A stretch of 63,970 nucleotides of DNA, the filler included, from Bigelowiella natans CCMP2755 (Eukaryota > Protista > Cercozoa), in assembly GCA_000320545.1 (NCBI GenBank). It is 3 parts of 3 records of this genome, joined end to end, with 100 filler letters (N's around TTAATTAATTAA, not from the genome) between each part and the next. Parts side by side here need not be neighbours in the genome. Positions count along the whole stretch, not along the records: positions 30,439 to 56,722 come from ADNK01001220.1; 2 more parts are not named here. One strand, given 5' to 3'. The stretch's first letter is position 1. Every line of letters begins with the position of its first letter. The position numbers and the translations under genes are program-made. Below the pieces are notes generated by a model. That model was not told the DNA's origin. It ran no database searches and saw nothing but the letters and a program-made list of their open reading frames with translations. Of this stretch, positions 32,918 to 43,641 are shown in pieces.

Positions 32918-34286
32918 ATGTCAGAACTACAGCTAGAGCAAATTATTACCAAGGTGTCCTCCCGCCCCCCCCTTCTGTATGCTAATTCTTGCGGTAGATG
33001 GATGATAATGCATATTCCATTACTCCCCAGCGGAAAAATTCTCTCGATTATCTTCGCCGAGTTCATGAGGGGAAGGTCCATTGGATGAACATAGTAAAGA
33101 TCACTCCCGACCAAATATGTTCTTATGACATTAAAAACTTGGAGGCCAGGTATAGAGCACTATAGAGCACGCTGGTGTTTCCAAATAACTTCACACGCCG
33201 ACGGTGTACTCATTACGTGTAGATCGAAGCAATGGTTCCTCCTCGGCTTGTCGATCGGGAGACTATTGGTCCAACCAAATGAGATATTGCTGCAGTCGTT
33301 GATGCAGCTCATGGAGGAATATGACTACTTCACCTACTACGAGAAACGTAAGCCGTGCTGTTCTTGTCCCGAATTCACTTCAGTAGATCACTAGATTGTA
33401 TCTGTGCGCGAATGCTTTTCTTGTAACAGCGGAAACGTTTCCCACCTTCAAGTGGTACCCTCGTACGGACGCTAGCTCCGAGGGTGACCTGCCGACGCTG
33501 GGGAAAAAGCAGCCTTCCGTTCCCCGCGCCCAACTGCACAAGGTTTTGACCAAGCATGCGTAATCCTCATCGCACCCCACCGGTCTGATGGTGGACATCT
33601 AGCCTCGGTATATAATTAACGCCTTATTTGAATTGTTTGGGCTGCACAGGTTGGGAGAAAAGTCATTTTCCAGCAACTCCTAGCATATTCAGTGGATATT
33701 CCTCTCAATTATTGCGAGGTGCGCTTTCAACGGTTTCATCATTGTCTATAGACGGCAAGCGTGTACATATTCACTCTTCTCATTACACACAGGTAATACG
33801 GACGTTGTGCGAGGTGCTCTCTTTGATATATAGCAAGTTATTGGCACGAAGTGCTGTCTCACGATCTGGCCATAAGGTAAGATTCTGCGTACATTCTCTG
33901 CTCGATTCTGAAAGGATGAGTTATTCATCACCCACCTTCGACTGCAGATTGCCCTGATCTCTTGTGCTGTACTTCTGACAGAAGTAAACCTCCCTCATTC
34001 ATGCATTTGTTGTCTATGCATAAAGGCTATAACAAAGTTTGACACGTGGATGAAAACCAAGTTGTTCGCAAAGATTGTGGAGCATATTTCCATGGTATCG
34101 AAGAAGGTTTTGGAGGGCGAGTTTGAGTTGATATCGAGAAATCTTCTGGCGCCTTACAAACAGCACTTAAAAGAGATGGAAGAAAAAATAGAGAAGGAAA
34201 AAATAGAGAAAATGAAAGAAAAGCAGGCGCAAGAGGATAACAATAAATTAAATGAGGAGAAGGTCGGAAAGTCCCAAGTAGTTTGA
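32918..34286 (+). CDS. Conserved uncharacterised helical protein; multi-exon with short introns
   Basis: Spliced MSELQLEQIITK|MDDNAYSITPQRKNSLDYLRRVHEGKVHWMNIVKI...R|SKQWFLLGLSIGRLL..LQSLMQLMEEYDY...DIPLNYCE|VIRTLCEVLSLIYSKL...AITKFDTWMKTKLFAKIV...SQVV*. From memory this motif string resembles a fungal/protist family of unknown function. Confidence 0.7.
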
Positions 34287-35125
34287 CGATGGATGACAAA
34301 CCAAATACAAAAGTTCTAGAGAGGTCTGTATGGCGAGGTGCTTTGTAACTACTCCAGCTTCTCGCATTTCACAGATGTAATAACATATACATACAGTCTG
34401 CCCAATAATGCAAATTTATTACCTTGTCATCAGTCATCAATAAAATCATATGTTTACAATGCTATCGTGTGATGCCAGCAACGCGCCAGGTGGCCAACAG
34501 CTCTGCTGCATATGTATATATGCCATGCGTGCACAAACAGCGCAATAACAAGGGCCGGTCAAGGTCTTCGTCAGTGTCAGTACGTGCTTTATTATGGATA
34601 TAGCTAGAAAGCGCCGCGTTATATGATCGGGTCGGTGCGAGACAATGTGCACACCGCCCTGCTGCACAGAATATAAGAGAATCCTAGAAGCATCAAGATC
34701 GTAAAGTAACATCAGCGTCTATACAATAAGCGGGTAGATACGGTATTCAAATGTCTAGATGTGGCTGGCAGCGAACGCTATTATAGACTATGTGTATGAA
34801 CTCATATATAATGAGCGTTTTGTACGCGTAGAAGAATGCTATGCGTATGATCGCCGCATGAATACTACTGCGCCTGTATAGCTGTATCGTACCGCGTGCT
34901 TCCATATAGCAGCTTATCTAGTTATTATAGACGCAAGCTAGCAAGGCACTGACTATTTGCGCTTGCTGTATTATAGAGTATTTGCTTACGCTAGCATTGT
35001 ATAGCATTATGTGCATCTTGATTACTCTGTAGTGTTCTAAATAAATGACTTTGTGTTACCGCTGCTACGACGATGATCGATTGAAAACGGAGAGAGTTAA
35101 CATGTCTGTCCTCGAATACAGCCAA

Positions 35126-37237
35126 CTACGAGGAAAGGCGCATTAAAATATAGATTTGCGAGATTGCGTAGAACCCCATCATGACGTACATCCGGTTCGG
35201 ATATGACAAAAAGTTACCGCTGTGAACCTTCGCCCCGGCGCCAACACTATTTGCGTCTAGGATAAGCCTATTTTTCTGAATGGCCCATATCTTGTAGCCC
35301 ACGATGGGAAGGTTGAGAATAACACCTGTGGGAATTCATAATACGAAGAAGGTGTGATCAGTATTTCCATCGCATTTTAGTTACATATATATATGATATC
35401 GAAGCCCCCCCCCCCCCCCCGGTCTAATTTAAGATTCGAATCACGTACCGAACCAAGCTCCCAGCAGCAGAAGCAGCCCCGTCATGGTGAAGTGCAGAAT
35501 GGTATGCGGCCACGCGAATATTTTCAGATTGTCTGCAATCAGCGTGCTGTTGATACCGCTTCGACTGTCAAACACAAACATTATATGAGTGAATTCCAAT
35601 GGCAGCTCGTCCCCGCTAATGGCATGGAAGTGATGATACCTATAATCCAAGTATTTGTAGATCTCCATACCGCAGAGGACGTTGAGGGCTAGACCGGTGA
35701 GCATGCAAACAACCCACATCAACTGGCCCCACCCGGAACGGCGGGAGCCCCCTTCAGCGTGCGTGAGAAGGTAATCATCAAAATCTGCCTCGGATTCATC
35801 GAGGTAGCGTGTCGATACCGAAGTCAACTCGTGAACGTCCGCAACTACATATGTCATATTGGAAGTCAATTACAAGCACCAGGTAACCAATGAAAACATC
35901 TCGGAGAACGAAGTAGGGAAAATCCTGAGAAAACCGAGTACATCCCCGAATTTGAATTTTACGCGAGACGACGCTGAACCCGTCTCGCGAAAAATCGGTA
36001 GGAGGGATCGCTATGAATTCATAATCCCCTGTCGGGTCCGCCATTCTTCTGTGTTTTCTAAATGACATCTATTGAAAACTTTCAAGGCATTTCAACAGCA
36101 TGATTGATGAATTTGATCGCTCACAGGCATTATTATTGTAGTATTTTTTTTAAATATATCTTGCCCTGCTGACCCTGGCCAGTGTTCGCAGTGAACGCCA
36201 TGTGGTGGTTGAAGAAATCTCTTTCAAACTCTACCGCCAAGCATACACGCCATCCTTGTCCATCGCGTGTATCTATGTAAACGTGGAGGATTTTGTGCAA
36301 AAAGCGCACGAGCACTTTCACAGGGTCCTTCGAGTTTCTATAGTCAGCTTGGCAGGTGTGCTCGGGGTTTTGGTAGTTGGAAGGCTGTCACGAATAACCA
36401 CAGCGTGTGTTGTGAGCGCGATTTAGAAAAAAATCGGAGGACATTGTGCCATTACCGTTTTCGTGTAGGCATCGTTCATGTAGTCGTTGTCATGGTTGCC
36501 CACAAATTTCTCGCCCTTAGCGTTGTCGAGGACGAAGATCGATGGGTTCTTCCGATCCCCATCGTTATCATACGTATCGAATGCAAGTCCTGACCAAATA
36601 GCATGCAATGTCGTTTTTCTATGGCCAAGAACAAGATAGCGCGTATGGAATGGCGACCGATTCCCTTGAAGTTCTCCTTCATCCCGAAGAGAGGGCCGGT
36701 GAGCGCATCTGGCTCGCTCTTTAGGATCGGATCATCTGTCGAGTCCAATATCCAGAACCCGAAGCCATCGCCTCCTGTGGAAGAACACACCTCTCGCCGT
36801 CACGTAGGTCTAGAGAAAGAGGATTTGAAAGATTCGCACCGAAATGTGGCTTGCTGTAGCACTTGAATTCGAACTCGACTTCCCAGTTGGGAGCCTCCAG
36901 AGGATAGTCATTCCACAGAAATCCTTCCCTGTCAGCTGTAGCAGGTGTGAGTCGCACATTCCGCTTTGCCACGACAGTAGATCCTCCCCAGAACCAGTAA
37001 ACCTAGAAAATAATTGTCTCATGCGAAATTCATGGAAGAGGCACTTTAGCTTACAGTCCGTACCCTACTCTGATCCATGGGGGAGTGCATGGAATGGTGT
37101 GGCTCGGTGGGGAGGTCCTTGTGGTAATCAGGATCGGGATGATTGTTTTCTGCAGCATATGTGCTTCTGGATGTGAGGAGGAGGGCCGAAACCGAGAGCT
37201 GTATCGCCAGCCGCAACGGTGTAGAAGCTGCGCACAT
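35126..37237 (-). CDS. L-type (legume-like, ERGIC-53/VIP36/Emp47) lectin fused to a C-terminal cornichon/Erv14-like membrane domain
   Basis: Signal peptide, then WFWGGSTVVAKRNVRLTPATADREGFLWN, NWEVEFEFK, GGDGFGFW, GPLFGMKENFKG, LAFDTYDND, VVADVHELTSVST. This is followed by WGQLMWVVCMLTGLALNVLCGMEIYKYLDYS|RSGINSTLIADNLKIFAWPHTILHFTMTGLLLLLGAWFG|VILNLPIVGYKIWAIQKNRLILDANSV...MYVMMGFYAISQIYILMRLSS* (stop 35126-35128). Confidence 0.88.
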
Positions 37238-37740
37238 GGCTGATGACGACGGTAGGGGGCCAATCTTGAGGGAGGGGAAGCGATAAATTAAATATTTATT
37301 TTGCGGCCCGAACTTTCTTGCCTTTAAAAATTCGGCAAGGTTGCCCCAATGCCCACCTGCGACAAGCTCCCGCGCCAGCTAAACTCCGACTACCGATGGA
37401 CGGAGTTTTACTCCAAAAACCAGCCTACGTATTGGACTCCCTCGTCTTTTAGCCCTCGTTCCAAAGATCCTTTGACGCTCCCCTGCAAATCGTGGGCAAA
37501 TAATATCTGGATGGATCATTTTAGGAGAAATCCCGCCGTGCCGCGGCTCAAGGCGAAACCGCGCGAAAAAAGAAGGAACGCGAAATCCACCACATTTCCC
37601 ACAATTGACATTCGGAGGGAGGAGAAGGATTCCATCGTGGAGCTTTTCGCGAGAACGCTAAGAGACTAAGGCCTCTCCCTGTGTGGAACTAAAGCGCTCG
37701 ACGGATTGGTATTGAAGAGTTTGATTGTGCAAGGATCATC

Positions 37741-39289
37741 ATGAAGTTCGGAAAACAGCTGGAGGCTAAGATTGCGGACGGACACAACGCCTGGACCTCA
37801 CAGCAATTTATTGACTATAAGAAACTCAAAAAGACAATTAAACTGATACTCTCCCTGAGGTAGCTTTGTTTACAGAACTATGACCAATCATACCCGTTCA
37901 CAAACGTTATTATGTATGAGATGTGACCGTCATTCTCCTTCCTTCCCAGGGCAAATGATCCCAGAACTGGATTTACAAGCCTATTCGTCGATGCGTTAAA
38001 AAAGGAAGTTTTGAAAGTGAGTCGTGCCTATGATGAGGCAACGAAAGCCCTCTCCAGTGTAATCGACAACCTATCTTGGAAGAAGCCAACAAAAAAGAGT
38101 CAAGGAAAGCTAGAGGCTCGAATAAAACTTGGAAAACTTGAGCAGATTGCAAAGATAAATAGAGAAGCTGTCCGTAAGGTAAGAACAACATGAAAATCCG
38201 AATACAGATCATCAGAATGATACGATATTCTTGGTCATGTGTAGATTGTGAAGAAGTTCAAAAAAAAGACGAAGCTCAACCTACCCACAGCCCTTGATTT
38301 AACCCCGTACTCGTTTGGGAGCGACTCGGAGCTGGTAATCTTAGGACAACGGCTTGAAGCTTTTGACGAGTAAGAATGAAATTTATTGAACTTTTTGCTG
38401 TTTTTATTGAACTGTTGTTCATGACATCCTGGATTTGTATCAAATCTGTAGGCGTGCAAACGAAGCCTCCGGTGAAAATAGCCTTACTTCCCATTTTGGC
38501 AAACAACTTGGGTCCCCGCAGAAGCTACATATTCTTGTGGAACTAACCAGAATGAGAAAGCTCTTAGTATCTGCTCTGGAATGGGCCTCAACACCAGGGG
38601 CTAAGGTGACCGGCTCGCCTCTTCTCCTCGGAAATATCGCTCGTAATGATATCCCAAGCCTTCGTGAGATCTCAGCCTCTGTTCAGATAAAAAAGGAACC
38701 GCTTGCAGGAGAAGAAATTACCGAAAGCAAAGAGATGAACGTTGTAAATGTACAGAAAGTGAAGACGAAGAAACGGACGAATGTGAGGTCAACCGAAAAC
38801 CTTTCCAACAAACGGAGGAGGAAGGAGAGACCCAAGGTGAAAGTTTCTCCGAAGAAGGATCTAAAGTTGTTTACCACCTCTCCAAAGGGCATTAAGTTCT
38901 TGAACACCTCTCCAAAGGGCATTAAATTCTTGAACACCTCTCCAAAGGGCATTAAGTTCCTAAACCCCTCTCCAAAGGGCCTAAAGTTCTTAAGCACCTC
39001 CCCAAAAGGCTTCAAATTAGAGGAAACGGGCGAGAGGATTGACCGCCTTAAAAAAGCTGAGAAAGCAGCAGAGCTCCAACAACTCACTGATCCTGGCAAA
39101 AAACTGCTCACCCCAGTCTCGATGCTTCCGACCGAAGCGACAGAAGTTCCGTCCCCGTTCCAAGCCCCTTGCCCTATGACAATGGAGATAGGGAAGCTGT
39201 GGAATCTGAGTGATGAAGCACCTGAGGAAGATCCTGTATGGATGAATCTCCTTGCGAATGGCACAGCGCCAGCGCCCGAAAAGCCATGA
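37741..39289 (+). CDS. SPX-domain protein with a basic, low-complexity, repeat-containing C-terminus
   Basis: MKFGKQLEAK...WTSQQFIDYKKLKKTIK (SPX N-terminus with the Y/K phosphate-binding cluster), FVDALKKEVLKVSRAY, KLEQIAKINREAVRK|IVKKFKK (SPX lysine surface cluster). The last exon corresponds to ORF 38435-39289. Confidence 0.88.
38861..39010 (+). repeat. Coding tandem repeat, 5 x 30 nt, encoding (I/L)KFLNTSPKG
   Basis: Units such as attaagttcttgaacacctctccaaagggc recur at a 30-nt period. Confidence 0.95.
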
Positions 39290-39978
39290 GTGAGAAGTAT
39301 TCCATAGATGGAATGAATAACGCCAATAATTGTAAATAGGCTGGAACCGTGCGGATAGCTGTTGCTCCTATATTAAGTGGTAGCAATAGCTGTAGTAGTG
39401 TAGTAGTAGTAGTAGTAATACCCTAGCACTTGATTAATTCATATCGAAAAAGTCGCGAGAAATACAATCGCAGAAGAAGAAGAAGAAGAAGAAGAAGAAG
39501 AAGAAGAAGAAGAAGCCCCAAAGAAGTAAACAATTAATACACACTCCAAGTAGATTCCGAAATGGACGTTCCTAATGAAAGAAACATAGCTGCCTAATGA
39601 TTCACCGAGTACCTTTCCTTCCCTGGAGACATCATGAAAACCACGCGAAGTACAACAGGATTAATACACAAATAAGATCACAGATGTCAAATGACCGCAT
39701 GGATTGCATGCGTGCAACTAAGACAGATTTGTTTTCGATATCAACGCGTTGTTTTTCCTTGTTGCGTATCACGGATTCGTAGGATTCCACCTTAGGGTAG
39801 AGCATCCTGCATAGTTGACTTTTTATCAACGAACCTCCTTCCGTTACTAAGGGTGTTCAGCAAATATGCTCTATTCATATACCGTAGAGTGCTTTTGGCA
39901 TTGCCAATGCTAACGGCATTCATCACTGTGCCATGAAGCCTGCGCGCACGCTATGCACGGTCGAACGTGGCGGCATTA

Positions 39979-41350
39979 CTATGAGACGGATGTAATGAAA
40001 TGTTTGAATTTTTCAATTGTCGTCCCAATGTAGCTATGCAATGCAGCGGCTACAGCGCTTAAGTTGTATCTGTTTATTTCCGTTGTCACATGTTGCATGC
40101 ATGAATGAACATTGCAATTTAGTCTGTCATTTCGTGCTTTGCGCGCAGCAGCGCGAGCTCTTTTTTCTGTGTTTGAGAGGCGTTTTGTTTCTGTTTCGTC
40201 GTTGCGGTCCATGATGGCCGTCAATTGTTTGTTCAGTCTCAGTCTTTGAGGTCTGTGCTTTCTGCACTGCAAAAGATGGTCCATGTCTTGCGGTGTGTCA
40301 CACGTGTCGTATGTGCATGGGAGCTTCTGCGAGTGTGTATTGTCCTCTGGACATCATGAATGTCCCAAGATTGCCAACACCACAGATGGCGCGCATTCAT
40401 GATGTAGCAATGCTTGGCAGCTTCAAATTGATTCCTGTTGTGCGGGAATTGGGCAGGAACCCAAGTTCTTCAAGTGCGCAGCTTTTGTCTTAGCTTGTCG
40501 CTGCACCAGCTGGTTGTGAAGTGCGTGCGATGCAGCAGCGCATGCGAACCTTTTGTTGTGCATGCGCACCAAGGTCCTTTTTATGAGTGTCCTGTTTGGC
40601 GTGCGCACATTGGGAGGTTCCGATCCGAGCAGTTTGTTGGTGATCAAACTGAGTCGGCGATGCAAAGGACACTCCGTTCCACGATCGTTGCAAGTCTGGC
40701 TTGATGCATGCTAGCATGGCTAGATGGGCATCACTGTGCATCTGATGCAGCCATCGCATCGCTCTGGCTAGCTGGGGCAACAACAAAATCCATTTGGTGT
40801 GACATGCACATCACACGTCCCATTGCTGTTTCCACTGTCTGGTAGTGGAATTGCATGCGAGACGGATGTGATCGATGAAGTGATCAAATCTTTTCAATGG
40901 TTGTCCTGATGTCTAGATGTGGCCATGCAAAGCAGCAGTGTTGCACCCATTTGCCTCTTCTGTTGCGTGTTTCGTGCATTCAAAAGCGTCCACATTCGGT
41001 CGTTGTCGATGTCGTGCATGCAGTCCAGCAGCACAGCGCGCGCAGCAGTTCTTGCTTCTTTTTCTGCTTCAGTCAGTGGTGGCTTTGTCTCATCGTTTCG
41101 ATTCTGTTTCACAATGGCGTTGTTCAATTGATTGCGCAACCTGAGCTGTTCACACCACGTGTTGGTGTTCGTGCACCTCGCATTGAAGGAGATGATCCAT
41201 GTCTTTCACGACACTGTGCACACGTTGCACGTGGCATCTGCCCCCTCACATTGTCCTCGGGACAACACGAATTTTCCAAGATTGCCAACCCTGGAACCCC
41301 ACAGATGGCACGCATCCATGTGATTGCAACACTTGGCAATTTCAATCCAC
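39979..41350 (-). mobile_element. Two tandem, decayed 3' fragments of a non-LTR (LINE-like) retrotransposon ORF2 (zinc-knuckle region)
   Basis: Two diverged paralogous copies (about 39980-40450 and 40855-41350). Each encodes LKLPS(I/V)A...MRAICG, then DMDHLLQC..H..QR/H...L, matching the C-terminal CCHC 'E(T/D)..HLL.C..Y...R..L' motif of non-LTR elements. Frameshifts are present. Confidence 0.6.
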
Positions 41351-42203
41351 ACGTGCACGTGTGCACACATGTGTGTTTGCATTCCGTGTTTGTTCATTGG
41401 GACGCTCCACTGGCAGCTCCCCGATGCAGTGCGTCCGGGCACAAGAGTCTGCACATTTTTTTGCAATGAGCTCATCGCTGAACAAACTGCAAGGATTCGC
41501 AGAGCATGCGATGCTTCGTCTGCTGTGACACTTCTTGTCAGAGAGGGGGGAAGGGGGGGCCTCATGCTTCGACCGCTTAGCATGGGCAGGAGGGTTTTCA
41601 AAAACTGCATTTTTTTCCTGCAACCCAGACACAACGCAGCAACTCATCCGACACCTTCACCATTCACCATTTGATGCAGTCATCACGCATTCTCTAGATG
41701 CATTCGCACATTCGCACTCTGCAGGTGGTTGTGTTTCTTTTGGAATGAAAACTCACACACGTCATGGTATCATCAATCTTCAGGGATGGAGTGGAAAACA
41801 ACCCCAAAAATGCGCTTCGCGGCCGATCGGCGCTTGCATTTTTTCTTGTCTCCAAGAGATGACACATGAACAGATTGGATTCTGGTTTCAATTTTTCTGC
41901 ACAGGTGGCAACAATCCGGCCCACACAGGCCACAAAGTCATCCTTTCCCCCTACCCATCACAGCTTGCACCTCACAACCCAAAGTCCCAGCAGCAAACTG
42001 ACACAGTGTCCCTCAGTGTCTTTCGGTGCGCTGTTCTGTTCTCCCTTCCTCTTTTGTGCATGTGACATCAGCAAACTGGTTGTCGTTGACAACTTTCTCC
42101 CTCCCATTTTCTCATTGTTGGCGCAGACGGCGAGATTTAGGATGTTTTTGAAACGACCACTCCCCCAGAAACTGAATCTTCTACACCAAGCCTTCCTTCA
42201 ACT

Positions 42204-42986
42204 ATGGCGAGAAGCAAAAAGGGTGCGATGAAAAAGTCTGAATCTAAGCATCGTCCTCCAACAGCGGCGAAAAGCAAAAGGGGCACGAAGAGAAAGTCTG
42301 AGTCCAATCAGATGTCCGAGCAGCAAGGATCCAAGCGCCAGAAGAAGTTTGCGGAATGGTCCACGGATGAACTGAATGAATGGCTGGAAAACAGGGATCT
42401 TGGGGATCTTTGCACGCCCTTCAAAGAGCAAGGCATTGCGCCCGACGTCATTCCCACTCTCACTTCGTCTGACTTGAAAGAGATTGGCACAGAAAATTTT
42501 GGACTGCGAAAGAGGTTTGCCAATGCGGTCAAAGCTGAAAAAAATGAGCATTGGCTCATTTCCTCTGCCGAGAGTCTCTCCACCCGCATCCCTGTCCTTG
42601 AAAGAAAGATGAGTAGAAGAATCATTTCGGACGACACTGTTGGTCGAATTGTTGCGATGAACAATGCTCTGACTCGGCAGCTCAGCAGCAGCGGGTTGCA
42701 TGACGAAGATGTCGAAGAAGAGGCATCAGATGCTGAAGCTACCGTCGGCTGTTGTGCTCACTTTTTGATCTTACTTGCAGAGGGATTGTGTGCACATTTG
42801 ATCAATTCCATGATCATCCCCTTGTTTCAACCACCCATGCCCACTTCCTTCTTGGAACAAGATGATTTCATTGCAACAAATGTCTTTCTAAATCACATGA
42901 TGAAAAGTGTCGCACTTACAAGCATCATTGTCGCTTTCAATCAAGTCTTGCGCCTACATTTTCGGTGCGAGGTTAGGAATGAGTAG
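42204..42986 (+). pseudogene. Intronless SAM-domain ORF inside the TpA-depleted island, probably element-borne and hypermutated
   Basis: SAM domain FAEWSTDELNEWLENRDLGDLCTPFKEQGIAPDVIPTLTSSDLKEIGTENFGLRKRFANAVK after a basic N-terminus. The 260-aa ORF has no Tyr, and the downstream frame breaks. Confidence 0.6.
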
Positions 42987-43326
42987 CCATCCCATGGGAC
43001 ATGTGTTCATCGATCTCGAGAAAAAAGGCCAGAAACCTTCGCCCGAAAAGATGTGCAAATGGCATTGTTGCAGCTTGCTCCTTGTCTATTTCTGTTGCAA
43101 CATGGGAAATTGCCGGTGCGCATGCAGCGCATGGCCGATTACTTGCCTTCTTCAAGCAGCCCGGTCACCGCGGCTGACAATTGCTTCGTGGCATTACATT
43201 ACGGACAAATGCATCATGAGTGTACATAGCAAAGCACACACCATTTCGCTCAGAAACAGATACGCATCGCAACACATGCAAGCCACACGCATCTCTCAAT
43301 TATTAATTAGGCTTTACCTACATGTT

Positions 43327-43539
43327 TTAATAGACACTCTCTTCCAAACGTTCGCAAGAGATTAAAGGAGAGATAGATTCTTTAGACCCAACACTTAGAG
43401 CGGCAGCAGCCACGCCGTATTGGAGAGCCTTCACAACGATCCCATGAGAAGCACTCTGCAGGCTTTCGCTTGAAGACGAAGTATTGTGAGAATGTGTCAA
43501 GAGACTCCAAATCAACGCTCTAATTATGTCAAAAATGAG

Positions 43540-43582
<43 letters not shown>

Positions 43583-43584
43583 AA

Positions 43585-43641
<57 letters not shown>

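Noticed and set aside
32715-33931. Minus-strand ORFs 32851-33114, 33380-33598 and 33746-33931 as a gene
   Set aside because: The plus strand gives a coherent spliced protein with canonical junctions over the same interval.
37349-37669. 106-aa ORF between the lectin and SPX genes
   Set aside because: It has no recognisable motif and lies in a divergent promoter/5' UTR region. SPX domains characteristically start at MKFGK (37741). It could be a uORF but this is unsupported.
38861-39010. Regular 30-nt repeats resembling a CRISPR array
   Set aside because: The units are head-to-tail with no unique spacers, are in frame within a eukaryotic exon, and have no cas genes nearby.
40293-42231. Dense overlapping Cys/His-rich ORFs in all six frames, superficially like metal-binding proteins
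   Set aside because: They are a by-product of TpA loss, which removes TAA/TAG stops and turns Tyr codons into Cys/His codons.
40300-43250. Classical RIP or CpG-methylation decay as the cause of TG/CA richness
   Set aside because: RIP would enrich TpA and methyl-CpG decay would deplete CpG. Here TpA is lost and CpG is plentiful.
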